Shown in pieces: positions 38,801 to 50,250 of a stretch of 64,000 nt of DNA. Below the pieces are notes generated by a model that was given only the letters and a program-made list of their open reading frames with translations, did no database searches and had not been told where the DNA came from. The stretch is from the NCBI GenBank assembly GCA_965112735.1, contig OZ218964.1, positions 2,108,001 to 2,172,000 of the forward strand, in the 5' to 3' direction. Source of the stretch: Phaeosaccion multiseriatum. Taxonomy: Eukaryota > Protista > Ochrophyta, other classes. The position numbers and the translations under genes are program-made. The first letter of the stretch is position 1, and each line of letters opens with the position of its first letter.

Positions 38801-40880
38801 TGCTAATGTGCACACCAATGGTTTGATCCTGAGAAGGTAAGCATGTTGGTTCGTTCGTTTCCAGCGTCCTAAGCACGCTTGACTTGCCCACGCCTTGGTT
38901 TCCCACCAGTGCGAGTTTCAGTGTCCTGGAGATGTTAGTGCCCCCCAAGCGCTTGTCATACCACCACGTGGCAACTTCACGTAGACCGAGCTCGACAACC
39001 TGAGCCGGGGGGCTAGCCCATGGGTTTCCCTCTAGTTGCAAAAATTTGAGGCCAAGGCCTTGGAGTCCCACCGCCACGTCTTCCGGAAGCTCTGACGAGG
39101 TCAGCGGAACGAAGTCGGGAATCAACAGTGAGAGATGGAGCGCAGGCGTTAGACGGTGCAAAGCGTTTAGACCTGACCAGCAAGACCTCGGCACCATACT
39201 CAACAAAGGTTACTGCAGTTGCAGCAGAGCTCATCATCATTGCATCACGCCCAACTTGTCCAAATCCTCCCTGCGGATGGAGGAATGTTTTCTTCCAGCA
39301 ATACTATCAAGTCAAGGGGACGCGAATGGGTGTACGTACCACTCACCAGTGAGCTTATTTTTGTTGAGGAACAGTACCTCAAGGTTCTGAAGACCTCCAA
39401 GCTCCCTTGGAATGCTCCCTGCGAATGGGACGAAAGTTCTTAGCCATACTAATATCAAGTCAAGAGGACGCGAACGGGGTGCGCGTAAACCACCTACCTT
39501 CTAGACTGTTCCCGTGGAGCGAAAGTTCTCGAAGGTTCGAAAGCTGTCCAAGTTGCCGAGGAATACTCCCTGAGATGTGGGGAAAGTTCTTCAGCCATAC
39601 TATATCAAGTGAAGTGAAAGGGACGCGAACGGGTGTGCGTACCACCTACCTTCTAGATTGTTCCCGTTGAGCAAAAGTTCTTGAAGGTTTGAAAGCTTGC
39701 CGAGTTGCGGAGGAATACTCCCTGAGATGTGGGGAAAGTTCTTCAGCCATACTAATATCAAGTCAAGAGGAAGAGAACGGGTTCGCGTACACGTACCAGT
39801 GAGCTTGTTGAAGTTGAGGATCAAACTCTCAAGCTTCTCCAGGCTTCCAAGCTCGGGTGGAATGCTCCCTGCGGAGCGAAGGAAAGTTCTTTGGTCACAC
39901 TCACATCAAGTGAAAGGGACGCGAACGGGTGTGCGTACCACCTACCTTCTAGATGGTTCCCCCACAGGCTTAGGTCTCGAAGCTCTGCCAGGTTCCCCAG
40001 CTCCGACGGAATGATCCCTGTAGATAGAGGAGAGTTCTTCGGTCACACAAAGATCAAGTCAAAGGGACGCGAACGGGTGTGCGTACCACTTACCAGTGAG
40101 CTTGTTTGAGCATAGTCTGAGTCCCGTAAGGTTCTTAAGACTTCCAAGCTCGGGCGGAATGTTCCCTGCGGAGCGGAGGGAAGTTCTTGGTCATACGTAC
40201 ATCAAATCAAAGGGACGCGACGCGAACGGGTGCGCGTACCACTTACCGCTGAGGTTGTTGAGCTCCAGGTTGAGCAGGGCCAGGTTCTGCAGACGCCCAA
40301 GCTCTGATGGAATGCTCCCTGCGGAGGGGGGGAAAGTTCCTTGGTCATACTCATATCAAGTGAAAGGGACGCGAACGGGTACGCGTACCACTCACCAGTG
40401 AGGTCGTTGGAGGAGAGGTTCAAACGCTCAAGCTTCTCCAGACCTCCAAGCTTGGGTGGAATGCTCCCTGCGGAGGGGGGGGAAGTTCCTTGGTCATACT
40501 CATATCAAGTCAAAGGGATGCGAACGGGTCGCCGGACTGCCACGTCATGCCGCTTCCTCACAAATCTTGCCCCCTTTTCCTTCATGCTTCCGGAATATTC
40601 TAGACCCATCTCATGAATGAAGAGAGAACTTTTCGAACACTTTGGAAAGAATACTCTTCAGAACGTAGGGCGCAACAACCATAATCACACCTCTCTCACC
40701 TCTGACACCGTTGTTTGTGAGGTCAATCTTCACCACAAAGTCATTTTCCAGGCTCACTCCGAACCAGTTCTCCAAAGATGCGTCAGTGTTCCATCCAGCC
40801 TTATTAGACCAAGCGTATCCGCCCGTGGCGTCAAAGAGGGCTTTGAGAATACTACGCTGCTTTTGGAGGACGCTAGACAT
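35879..40880 (-). CDS. LRR-ROC-COR (ROCO) GTPase of the brown-algal candidate immune receptor type, 13 exons; frameshifted in this sequence (possible pseudogene allele)
   Basis: N-cap exon 40880-40700 (LKALFDATGG..WSNKAGWNTDASLENWFGV), eight 72-nt LRR exons and a linker exon. ROC exon: GNPWASPP, LKLALVGNQGVGKSS, TIGV, VWDFAGQADYYDFHQVFLT, LLATHSD. COR exon 38314-36510 has VVSC, VPNDW, VPPGFFGR. Last exon 36379-35879. Confidence 0.9.
39271..40530 (-). repeat. Tandem array of ~150-bp exon+intron units: LRR exons 40467-40396, 40318-40247, 40165-40094, 40017-39946, 39868-39797, 39721-39650, 39569-39498, 39418-39347
   Basis: Each exon is exactly 72 nt, phase 1/1, encoding GxIPxxLGxLxxLxxLxLxxNxLx. 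The introns share the consensus GTRRGTGGTACGC..ACCCGTTCGCGTCCCTTT.ACTTGAT...AACTTTCC..CAG. Confidence 0.95.
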
Positions 40881-41559
40881 CGTAACCTTCGTAACACGCA
40901 AACGCTGATGACAGCTCGTTCCTTGAGAGAGTGATGATTAGCAAGCATTATTGTACCCCTTGTGAGTTTAGCTTTATCTTTTCTTTTTCCTCTATTTTCT
41001 GCCCGCTCCGTGTTTCCTCTATTTCCCCCGCCCCCACACCCAAATTTGGGCCATCGACTTTTCCGCCAAATTTTGCCTGAGCGCTCAGGAAGAGTATGTT
41101 CGCCAACTTGTATCCGCACTCCGTACGTGTGAATGATGTGGAGGAGGCGGTGACTGTGGTGGAGGAGGTGAAGACAGCTCAGAGGGCCGATGCATGGTGC
41201 AGTGGAATGCTGCGCTTTCTGCAGTTGTGGGGGAAGGTTGGAGTGCTCCCGCAGGGCCTCACGTAGGTGGAGCGAATCGAGCTTGTGACGGCGAAGGGAG
41301 CGGGCTACTAGGTGGTGATGGAACCTTGTTTCACTCAGCTCTTCGCCCTCGGCGCCCTCTGATGATCAACTGGTGGTGCCCCAGCAGCTTCGAAGGCGAG
41401 GGTACGGAGCATGCCGTGTGGAGGCAGCAGGGGGAGGACACACGGACAGTACGCCGATTGCCAAAGGTAGTGTGCTCAATGCCATCGTTGCCGTCGGAAG
41501 CGGTTGGGCCAGGCTGTGGCTATCCCCACCGACGGAGGGGATGTTGAGATTTGAGATTT

Positions 41560-42420
41560 GATTTGATTATGTGATAATGTGGGGGTAGTCGCTCACGGAG
41601 GAGCGAAGGCAACAAGTGTATGGTGGTCATCACGGACTATCTGACTCGGTGGCCGGAGGCCTTTGCAGTGAAGCAGCACGCAGCGGAGGTGATTGCGGAG
41701 CTTCTGGTAAGGGAGATACTCCCGCGTCATGGCTGTCCTCGTGTTTTGCTCTCGGACAACGGGCCGGAGTTTCGGAGCCGTCTCCTCGGAGTCATCACTC
41801 AACAGCTGAATATCGACAAGCGCTTCACAACCCCATACCATCCGGAGTGTAACGGTCTGACGGAGCGGGCGAATGGTACTTTGGTGCGTTTCCTTTCCTC
41901 CTTCGCTGCAGAGCACCAGCGTGATTGGGACAAGTGGTTTTGCCTCAGGCGCTCTTCTGCTTTCACTCGAGCCCGACGCGGCTCCTGGGCATGGCCCCGT
42001 TCAGCCTTGTTGTATGGTCACGAGCCTACTCTCCCGCTTGAGTGCATGCTGGGCAGGGGGGTGAGGTTGCCTTCGCGCTGGGTGGACGTGAGTCACGTTG
42101 TGGAAGACTTGACAGACAGAGTCAGCGAGATTCAGTAGATGGCAGCGCACACTCTGCCTCAGCTAGCAGATATCCACAACTGATGGCGCCAGGGAAAGGT
42201 ACCGGAGTTTGGTTGTGGTGAAGAGGATGGAGAGAGGGTGTGGGTGCACCGGTACCGCCAGCGTACTTGCCGCAAGGCCAAGCTTGATCCTCTGCTGGTT
42301 TGGTCCGAATCGTGTTGTTCAGCGTTTGAGGGAAGGGGGAGCCTCTTACTTTTGCAAGCGACTGGCTTCGGATCTGCCAAAGGTGGGCTGACGGTTCCCA
42401 TGTACCCAGCTCACCTTTGG
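41560..42420 (+). pseudogene. Second Ty3/Gypsy integrase relic (rve core nearly intact, degenerate on both sides)
   Basis: GNKCMVVITDYLTRWPEAFAV...EILPRHGCPRVLLSDNGPEF...TTPYHPECNGLTERANGTL...DWDKW, then frameshifted LLYGHEPTLP and a GPY/F-like region. Decayed pol sequence probably starts near 41120. Confidence 0.9.
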
Positions 42421-43472
42421 TACGTGACGAGCCAGTCCCTCGCAGAAGTAAGTGGCTGCCCCCCTTCCTCACTCCTGAACCCGTACAGACCAATTGGAAT
42501 GCTTCCTTAACACAGGCTTCCTTGCCCTCTAGTAGCAGCATTATCATTTCTCGCAACTCTCCTCCTTGACGGAAACTCGGTGGTGCTCAGCTTGGGGGTT
42601 ATCTTCCTTCTCTCCAGGCAGAGGCAGAGAGCTCTACCACACACCTCTAACGACGCAGGCTCTTCCGTCTTTCGCTGCGTAGGTGTTTATGTGTCTAGCT
42701 AGGCGCGTGGCTGCTGGTACCAACAGTCGGGCTCTCTAGACAGGTGGCTGGACGGACTAGCCCACCAGTCAGCCCAAGGTGAGGCTCCGAGGTAGCTCAC
42801 CAGTCCAAGCTGCGCAAGGCAGTGACAAGGAATGCGCTCGGCGAGTGCAACCCTGCCTGCATGGCTCGGTGCGTGTGGAAGAAGGGGTAGCGGATTGAGA
42901 AGGCGCATGGTAAGCATGCTCGCCTCATTCCTCAGGCCACAAAGAGAGTATGTTACGCGGAGCCAATGAAGCTCTTTCTGTACAGGAAACAAAAGAGCTT
43001 TCGTGACGGGTCCAGAGCAGCTGGTCAAGGGGTTCCTTGCGGCCAAAGGAACAAGGCGAAGAGGGACAAGAGCAAACCAAAGATTGAGAGGGAGAGGGAA
43101 ACTCAACTCAATGACATCACTCATATATTTGTAGGAATACGGTTTTTCTTAGAAAAAACAAACAAACACAAGACATCAAAAGCTCCCATCGGAACGGGTC
43201 CTGTGTGGTCTTGAAGGACGTTACAGAAAGCACCGCTCTTGTTCTCCTATTCCGTTCCAAGAAAGTGGAACAGGGTTGGCAGACCGGTAGAGATGCCCCG
43301 GCCTCTCAATTCTCAATGCACCTGTCCTCTCCTTTCGCAAAGCAAGAGACCACAGGGGAAGCAGCAGGAAGAGAAGCGGGCCACAGCCCCTACCGTACCC
43401 AATCTCTGATGCACTAAGGGCAGACAGAGACAGCGTAGTCCGTTCGATGGAGCACTCTCCTTCTCTCCTCCT

Positions 43473-44349
43473 TCATCCAAGGACGAGGTTGCTGTTGCCT
43501 CCGGCATTTTGCCTCACTCGGGCAAAGGCGGGCGAAGGTGCTGCAGCTGCAGCCGCTGTGGGACGGGGGGCGGGCATAACCAGAGGAGAAGGAGAGAGAG
43601 ACGGGAGGGGGGAGCAAGGAAGGAAGGAAGGAAGGAAGGAAGAGAGGGAGGGAGAAATTAGGGTCGCCGAATGACACGCTACCATTCGCTGCTCATTCAG
43701 TCCGTTCAGTCCGCCGCTCAGCGCACCCATATGATGACACTGTTGTCGCGTTGTCGGCTGTGTATGCACGTCACCAGCGAGCAGCCTTTAACTCTCTCCG
43801 CCCCTCTCAACCTCTCTCAGCCTTCCTTCTAGCCTCAACTCAAGCCTTCCTTCTAGCCTCAACTCAAGCCTTCCTTCTAGCCTCAACTCAAGCCTTCCTT
43901 CTAGCCTCAACTCAAGCCTTCCTTCTAGCCTCAACTCAAGCCTTCCTTCTAGCCTCAACTCAAGCCTTCCTTCTAGCCTCAACTCGAGCCTTCCCCCCCC
44001 CCCTGCGTCCCTGTGGCGGTGCTCGGCACTCACGTGTGGCGGTGTCCACGCTCCCGAAGAGTGCGATACCGACGATGTCGCTCATGCCCTGCGAAGCAAG
44101 ATTGGCCATCATCGCGTCTTCGTCGTCCGCGGATATGCCTGGCAACACACACAGCAGGAACAGCACGAGTGAGAGCAAGAGCGAATACAGTAAGAAGAGC
44201 AAGAGCGAACACGACAAGAAAGGCAGAGGAAACATGACAACAGGAGCAGCATACAGCATTCGACGTCATCGAACAAACAAACCAACCACAACAGCAACAT
44301 CAACAACAACAACAAACAACAACCAACAACAACAACAACAACAACAACC

Positions 44350-44381
<32 letters not shown>

Positions 44382-47300
44382 CCAACAACAACAGCAGGGA
44401 TGCAGTCCGTAGCTAGCGCCGTACCGAGGTCGTCCTTGATCTCCTCGACCGTCTGCGTGCCGTCCGCGTGTGTGGCGAGCACTCGGCGGCACGACGTGTT
44501 GGCGGCCTGACCAACGCCCCCTGACATGTGCCACGCCTGCAGCCAGGGCCGCAGGGGAGGGGCAGATTCAACGGGAAGAGGGGGGTGGGCGGGGGGTCAT
44601 GAGATGCAGAAGGAAGGCCCTACAGCAGAGGGGGGCAGGGGAGGGGAGGGCAAAGAAGCCCCAGAGGAGAGCAGAGGGGCAGGGGGCGGGGCACGACATG
44701 GCAATGGCAAGCTCCATCGAGAAAGGGCACGACATGGCAAGAACGCTTGGAGGGGTGAGAGGGCACTGCACTGTGCCCTTATGTAAGGATTCCTATGCCT
44801 TACGTAACGTACATTTCTCATCATGAGTTCGAAGTAGTCGTCGTCGTCGATGGAGGCACTGATTCCTCGGTAGTAAAGGCACCACTCCTCGGGGGTCACC
44901 TGCCCACCCGAGAGGGAGGGTGTGAGGGGCGGAGGGAGAGACAGAGAGAGGGGCGGAGAGAGAGGGAGAGACAGGGGGACAAGACGTAGGGGGAGAGACA
45001 GGGTCAGACAGAGTCAGAGAGAGGGAGAGAGGGAGTGAGAGAGAGGCGACAGAGAGAGGGGCGGATAGAGAGGAAGACGAAGAGGGAGAGAGAAAGGGAG
45101 AGAGAACAGAGAGAGAAGACGGAGGGAGAAAGAGAGGGGAAGAGGGAGTGAGAAGAGAGAGAGAGTTAGAGGGGGAGAGGGAGGACGGGGGAAGCATGCG
45201 GCGTGCAGACGTGAGATATCAGAGCGAAGAAGAGCCGCAGAGTCACAGAGAGAGAAGGTAGCCGCAGACAGACTCAGTCGCAGCTACACAGTCTTGTTGC
45301 ATGTGTCTGTCTGTCTGCTCATCTGTCTACCCGTGTGTCTGCCTGCCTGCCTGCCTAGGTACATCCGTGTGTGTCTGCCCTCCTCTGCCGTACTTCGCTC
45401 TGCTGTGCTCTCCTCTGCTCTCTCCACTCTGCTCTGTACCTTGCCGTCTCCGTTTCCATCGAAGGTACTGAGGAACTCCTGCAGCACCTCATCCTTGCCC
45501 TTCTTGCCCGAGGACACGTCGGGATGCCTGGAGGGGTCGTAGGCCTTTTGCACGTCGGCGAGGTTCAGCACGCCGTTCTGAGAAGGGAGGGGCCATCGAG
45601 GGGGAGGGGCCATCGAGGGCGAGGTAAGGTGGGAGGTGGCTATATGTTACTGCGATGGCACGGGTGGGAAAGGGGGAGCTTCCTCGAGCAAGCGAGCAAG
45701 AGGGCACTCTAGGCATGGGTAAAGAGGGCACAGACGAAATACAGGACGGGCGAAGATAAAGGGAGGCAGAAAGGAGAGAGAGGATAACCGAAGAAGGGTC
45801 CCTCTCTCTCTCTCTCTCTCTACCCCTCCCTCTCTTCCCTTCTCTCCCGCCCCCTCCCCCCTCCCCCTGTCTGTCTCCCTCTCTCGGTCGCTCTCCCTCC
45901 TCCCCCCTCTCTCCGCACCTTGTCCTTGTCCATAAGAGCGAAGGCCGCCAGCACTATCTGAGCCCTCTTGTCGTTGAGCTCCCCCGCCACACCCACCAGG
46001 AACTCATCGTAAGAGATGGTACCGTCCCCTCCCTCGTCAAAGAAGGCGAACACAGCCTGGGGGAGGGCAGGGGAGGAGAGGGGAGGGGGAGGAGGTGCAC
46101 TCGTGATAAGATCCTCTCGGCCTCTTGAGGGGGCGGGGAGCAGAGTAGACTCCAGTGATTCAGTGAGGGGAGAGAGAGGCAAGTAGAGGGGTATGGGTAG
46201 AGTAGAGCAGAGATGCAAGTAGACAGGTGTAGGTAGAGCAGAGCAGAGAAGAGGCCCATGGGCAGAGCGCCCCCCTTCCCATCTGGTATAGGCAGACGCG
46301 TAAGGCTGACCTGCATCTGTGGCGGCCCCCACCCCATCTGACACTCCCTCATGCACTTGGCGAACTCCTCCATTTGGATCAGCTTGTCGCCATTGTCATC
46401 AGCGATCCTGAACTTGCGCGCCTGTTCAGGTGCATCGGAGCAGAGGAGAACGGCAGCAGAGCATCAGTTGGTGATACAGCAAGCAGTAGCATAACGTTGT
46501 CTACGTGCTCGTTCCAACACCCACACACACGCACGGGGCATGAGAGAATGTTCCGGACATTGCTCCGCCCACTGAGGCTGTGCTGGAGAGACCTTCGCTC
46601 GCACGCACGCACCATGCCGGCAATGCCCGTGGCCCCGCGGCTCTTGAGGGACTCTCTGAGGCTTTTCATCAGCGATTGCACATCTGTGGTGACGTCACAG
46701 AAGGGCGGGACGGGGTTCCGAGTCGATAGGTAGCGCAGGGCAGGGCAGGGCAGGGCAGGGCAGGGAAGACGTCCGTGTGAGCACGGGGAGGATTGTGGGG
46801 GGGAGTGGCAAAGAGACAAAGTGAAAAAGCGACAACAGCAAGGCGGGAGGAGGGGAGGGGGGGAGGGAAGGACAGACTCCAGAGACTGTGCCATCCTCCT
46901 ACCTGAGGGCATGGCCTTCGCTGGTGCGGCAACGCCCCTGGAGCCTGAGCCCCTCCTCGCCCCTGGCCCTGCTGCAGGGGATGCAGCCACCGCTCCTCCC
47001 CTTCCTGCTCCGACGGCTGTGGGTGGGTGGGATGTGACAAACCAACGCGAGGGGTGAGGGTTGGCGACGAACGACAAGAAAGAGGCGGAGCAGAAAAGCG
47101 CACAAAAGAAAGGCGCTTCTCAAGTACAGCTTGCGGAGGCTTCTTTCTCATCGGTTTGAAAGCATCTCTTCATTCGTTTCGGCTGACAGCAGCCCCAGTC
47201 CCGCTCTACTCCGCTCTGTTCGAACTTAAGACGAACCGTTGCGCCTTTCGCCCCTCTCTCCCTTCTCCTCGGGTCCACACAACGACAGCAAGGATGGGTA

Positions 47301-48505
47301 GGGTGTGAAGAGCACACGGGTGTGAAGGGCACACCAGAGGCAAACAGCGCTCCCCCTATACAACCACAACCACCTCCCCCTCGTTTGACCACTGGGCAGC
47401 AATGCATTTGCGTGGCATTGTGACATCTCCCGGAGGGGGTGACCAATGGTGACTACAGCCCCCCTCTATTCACCTCCCCTACCCCAGTACGGCCCCCGTC
47501 CCCGCCCCTCCTCCCTCTCCGCCCTCCGAGTCAGCAACGCACACACCTCCCCCTTTGCTCATGTGGGCCAGTTTCACCGCCGCCGCCGCGTACTTGGCGC
47601 CTGCTTGCATGGACACGCCCGGGGACGCAGCGCTGAGGGTGATGGCGGTGACCACAGGGACGCTGACGGGCAAATCGCAGAGGGAGGGGATAGACAACGG
47701 ACAAGCAACAAAAGAGAGTGACATCATTCAGATTGCGAGGCTTAGGCAAGCACACAAAAGAGAGTGAGATCATTCAGATTGCGAGGTAGGTTGCGCGGGA
47801 TGTGGGAGAAAGGTAGGCTCTCTGGTACTGTGTGTGTGTCGGGGGTAGGGAGATGAGAGAGAACAAGGGCTCACCCCTTCTGCAGGCCGAGGTTGAGGAG
47901 GGCGGCGGAGACGGCCCCGTTGGAAGGGTCTCCTCCAGAGGCCACCACCACCACTGAGGACACCGAGTGATGCACCATTAGGGCCTGCGCGGCGAAGGGA
48001 GCCTAAGGGGGCATGGGACGGACACACCGTGGCACGGAGCAGACGTAGCAGAGTAGCGCATGTGGGGTAGGGGGGGGGGGGGTGGCGCTCAGGGAGGGGG
48101 TTGAAGCGGCTTTGCTTGCTTGCTTCCCTCCTTCCTTCCTTCTAGCCGCAGCTGTACCTGGAGTGTGTCGTCAACATCCAAAACGATAGTAGAGGCCCCG
48201 CAGCTCTGCAGGCCGTCGAGGAGACTGGCCTTGGCATTGCAGTTGTCTACTACGACAACCCCAACCCGCAACCCCGCCCCCCCGGCCGGGACAGGGACCG
48301 CAGCTGCTACAGTAGAAGGTGCTGGTGCTGCTGGTGCTGGTGCTGCTGCTGCTGCTGGAGGTGCCGGAGGTGTGGCTACAGGTGCTGCGGCGCGGACAGG
48401 CTCCTCTGGTCCACCCAGCGAAATGGTCGTTGCTCCTCCGGGAGGAGCATGGAGTCTCGTGGAGGGACGGTTCAACACCATATCACTGCTCATCAGAGTA
48501 GACAT
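43473..48505 (-). CDS. Calcyphosin-like EF-hand protein with an N-terminal lumazine-synthase-like domain and terminal SPIRAL1-like motifs, multi-exon
   Basis: Calcyphosin part: LKSRGATGIAGM|ARKFRIADDNGDKLIQMEEF, FFDEGGDGTISYDEFL..GELNDKR, YDPSRHPDVSSGKK, YYRGISASIDDDDYFELMMRN|AWHMSGG..NTSCRRVLATHADG. The upstream exons join in phase. Ends RVRQNAGGNSNLVLG*. Confidence 0.8.
43819..43994. repeat. 24-bp minisatellite (AGCCTCAACTCAAGCCTTCCTTCT) x~7, intronic
   Basis: Directly visible. Confidence 0.92.
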
Positions 48506-49140
48506 CCTGAGCCTGCGTTCGGAGGACAGACGAGGGCAGGTACGCAGCGCATTGCACAGGGTACTTAGAGAGGGCGAGAGACGGGACCTTGGGTCTGCCT
48601 TCGGAGGGACAGGCGAGGGTAGGAACATCGTGCATTGCAGACACGGGTAGTGCACACGGGTAATTAGAGAGGGAGAGGGCCGGGTCTCGCAAACGGAGGA
48701 ATCGAGGGAACACCCGTCTTGGCTCGGCGGAATTTACCTTACCTTGTTGCACGAGAGCTGTTGGAGCAGTTCGGCAGCAGCGACAAGAGATGAGCAGCTA
48801 AGTCTTACCTAATCCAGCGGAACGCAGACCACGGGCGCCGGTCAAAGGAGGGGAGAAGAGTGACGAGGGGCACTTCCAGGGATCAAAATCAGAAAAGTGA
48901 AGAGAAAAAAAACAATTATGTCAATGACGGGCATGGGTCTGATGCCCTCCTTCCTCCTTCCCCTCTTCGTTTCTCCCTCTCCTCTCTCCTCTCTCCCCTC
49001 TCCGTCTCTCTCTCTCTCTCTCTGTGTGTGTTCTCTCTCTGTTGTGTAGATAGGAGGGGAGCAGAGCCCCTTCTTTGCAGTATGTTTGGTCGAGCGGCGT
49101 GAGGAGAAATTGGGAACGACGCTGGAAAGGCGTAAACAGA

Positions 49141-50250
49141 ATGGACAGCTCCCTGGAGGAGGAGATCAAGCGACTGTCTGGAGGAGGGGGGGGGAAGCAG
49201 GATGGACAGCGAGCCTTTCAACAGCAGAGCGCACCCCAGCAGCATCCGCAGCAGCTGCAGCCCTCGGTGGGCTCAATACAGCAGCAACAGCAGCGGCTGC
49301 AGCAGCAGCTGATGCAGCAGCAGCAGCGCATGCAAGAACAGCAGCTCCAAGCCCAGCAGCAAATCCAGCAGCAGCAGCTGCAGCAGCAGCAGCAACCACC
49401 GCCTCCCCCCTCCCTGAATGGAGGGGGCGCTGATGCCATCTCGAGTCTACCAGATCCCTCAGAGATGGACGTGGGCAAGGCTCTGCCCTCTTCCCGCAAA
49501 GGCAAGAGAGGCTCCGCAGACTCCTCCTCCTCCGCAGCAGGGAAGCCGAGCGCAGGCAGCCAATCCAACCAGGACAAGAAGGAGGAGCTGAAGCTGAAGG
49601 AGAAGGCAGTGCGCGATGCCGTCAAGACGCGTAAGCTCACGCTCATGAAGGAGGGGAAGCGGCTTGCGCACATCGACAAGGAGCTGGGCACGCTGCAGCA
49701 GCAGGAGCAGGTGGAGATCAACGCGCTGAGGAAGAGGTGAGTGATTACTTAGCTGCCGACCTACCACCAAACTCGGTGGACGCTCTCGACACGTGCATCT
49801 GGCCCAAAGTGGGCGGTGGTGCCCCCCCCCCTTCCCTTCTTCCCACCCTGCTCTATTCGTCCTGCCCCAACCTCGTCGCTTGCTGCTTCGCTTTTGCTGC
49901 TTCGCCTCTCACCCCACCACTCGCTCCCAAGTTTGGAGGTGGCAGATCGTGAGCTTGCCTACATCGACAAGGACTACCGCCGGAAAAAGGAAGCGTACGA
50001 CAAAGCTAAGCTCGTGCTGGACGAGAAGATGAAGGACAAAGGCGCCATCACGGCTCGGTTAACGGAGTTGGTTATGGCGTCGGAGCAAAAGAGGGAGGCC
50101 AGGCTGAACGAGTTGCTGGCTTCCATTGACGTGGACGAGCAGCGCCAGAAGAAGCTGCAGCAGCAGCAGCAGCAGAAGCAGCAGACAACGAAACAGCCAC
50201 CCAAGAGCACTGCTGCGACGGGCAAGAGATGGCACGTGGAGGGCATGTGA
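49141..50250 (+). CDS. RAB6-interacting golgin (GORAB)-like coiled-coil protein with a poly-Q N-terminus, 2 exons
   Basis: KRLAHIDKELGTLQQQEQVEINALRKR|LEVADRELAYIDKDYRRKKEAYDKA...LTELVMASEQKREARLNELL. Confidence 0.7.

Noticed and set aside
39271-40530. Repeat-spacer periodicity resembling a CRISPR array
   Set aside because: The repeats are GT-AG introns and the spacers are homologous in-frame LRR exons. The context is eukaryotic and there are no cas genes.
34490-42420. ROCO as cargo of one intact LTR retrotransposon
   Set aside because: The two integrase relics are dissimilar, only one candidate LTR is visible, and no TSD, gag or RT was recognised.
42560-43420. Exon-like fragments between the second integrase relic and the calcyphosin gene
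   Set aside because: Could not be joined into a gene, and no LTR or TIR was recognised.
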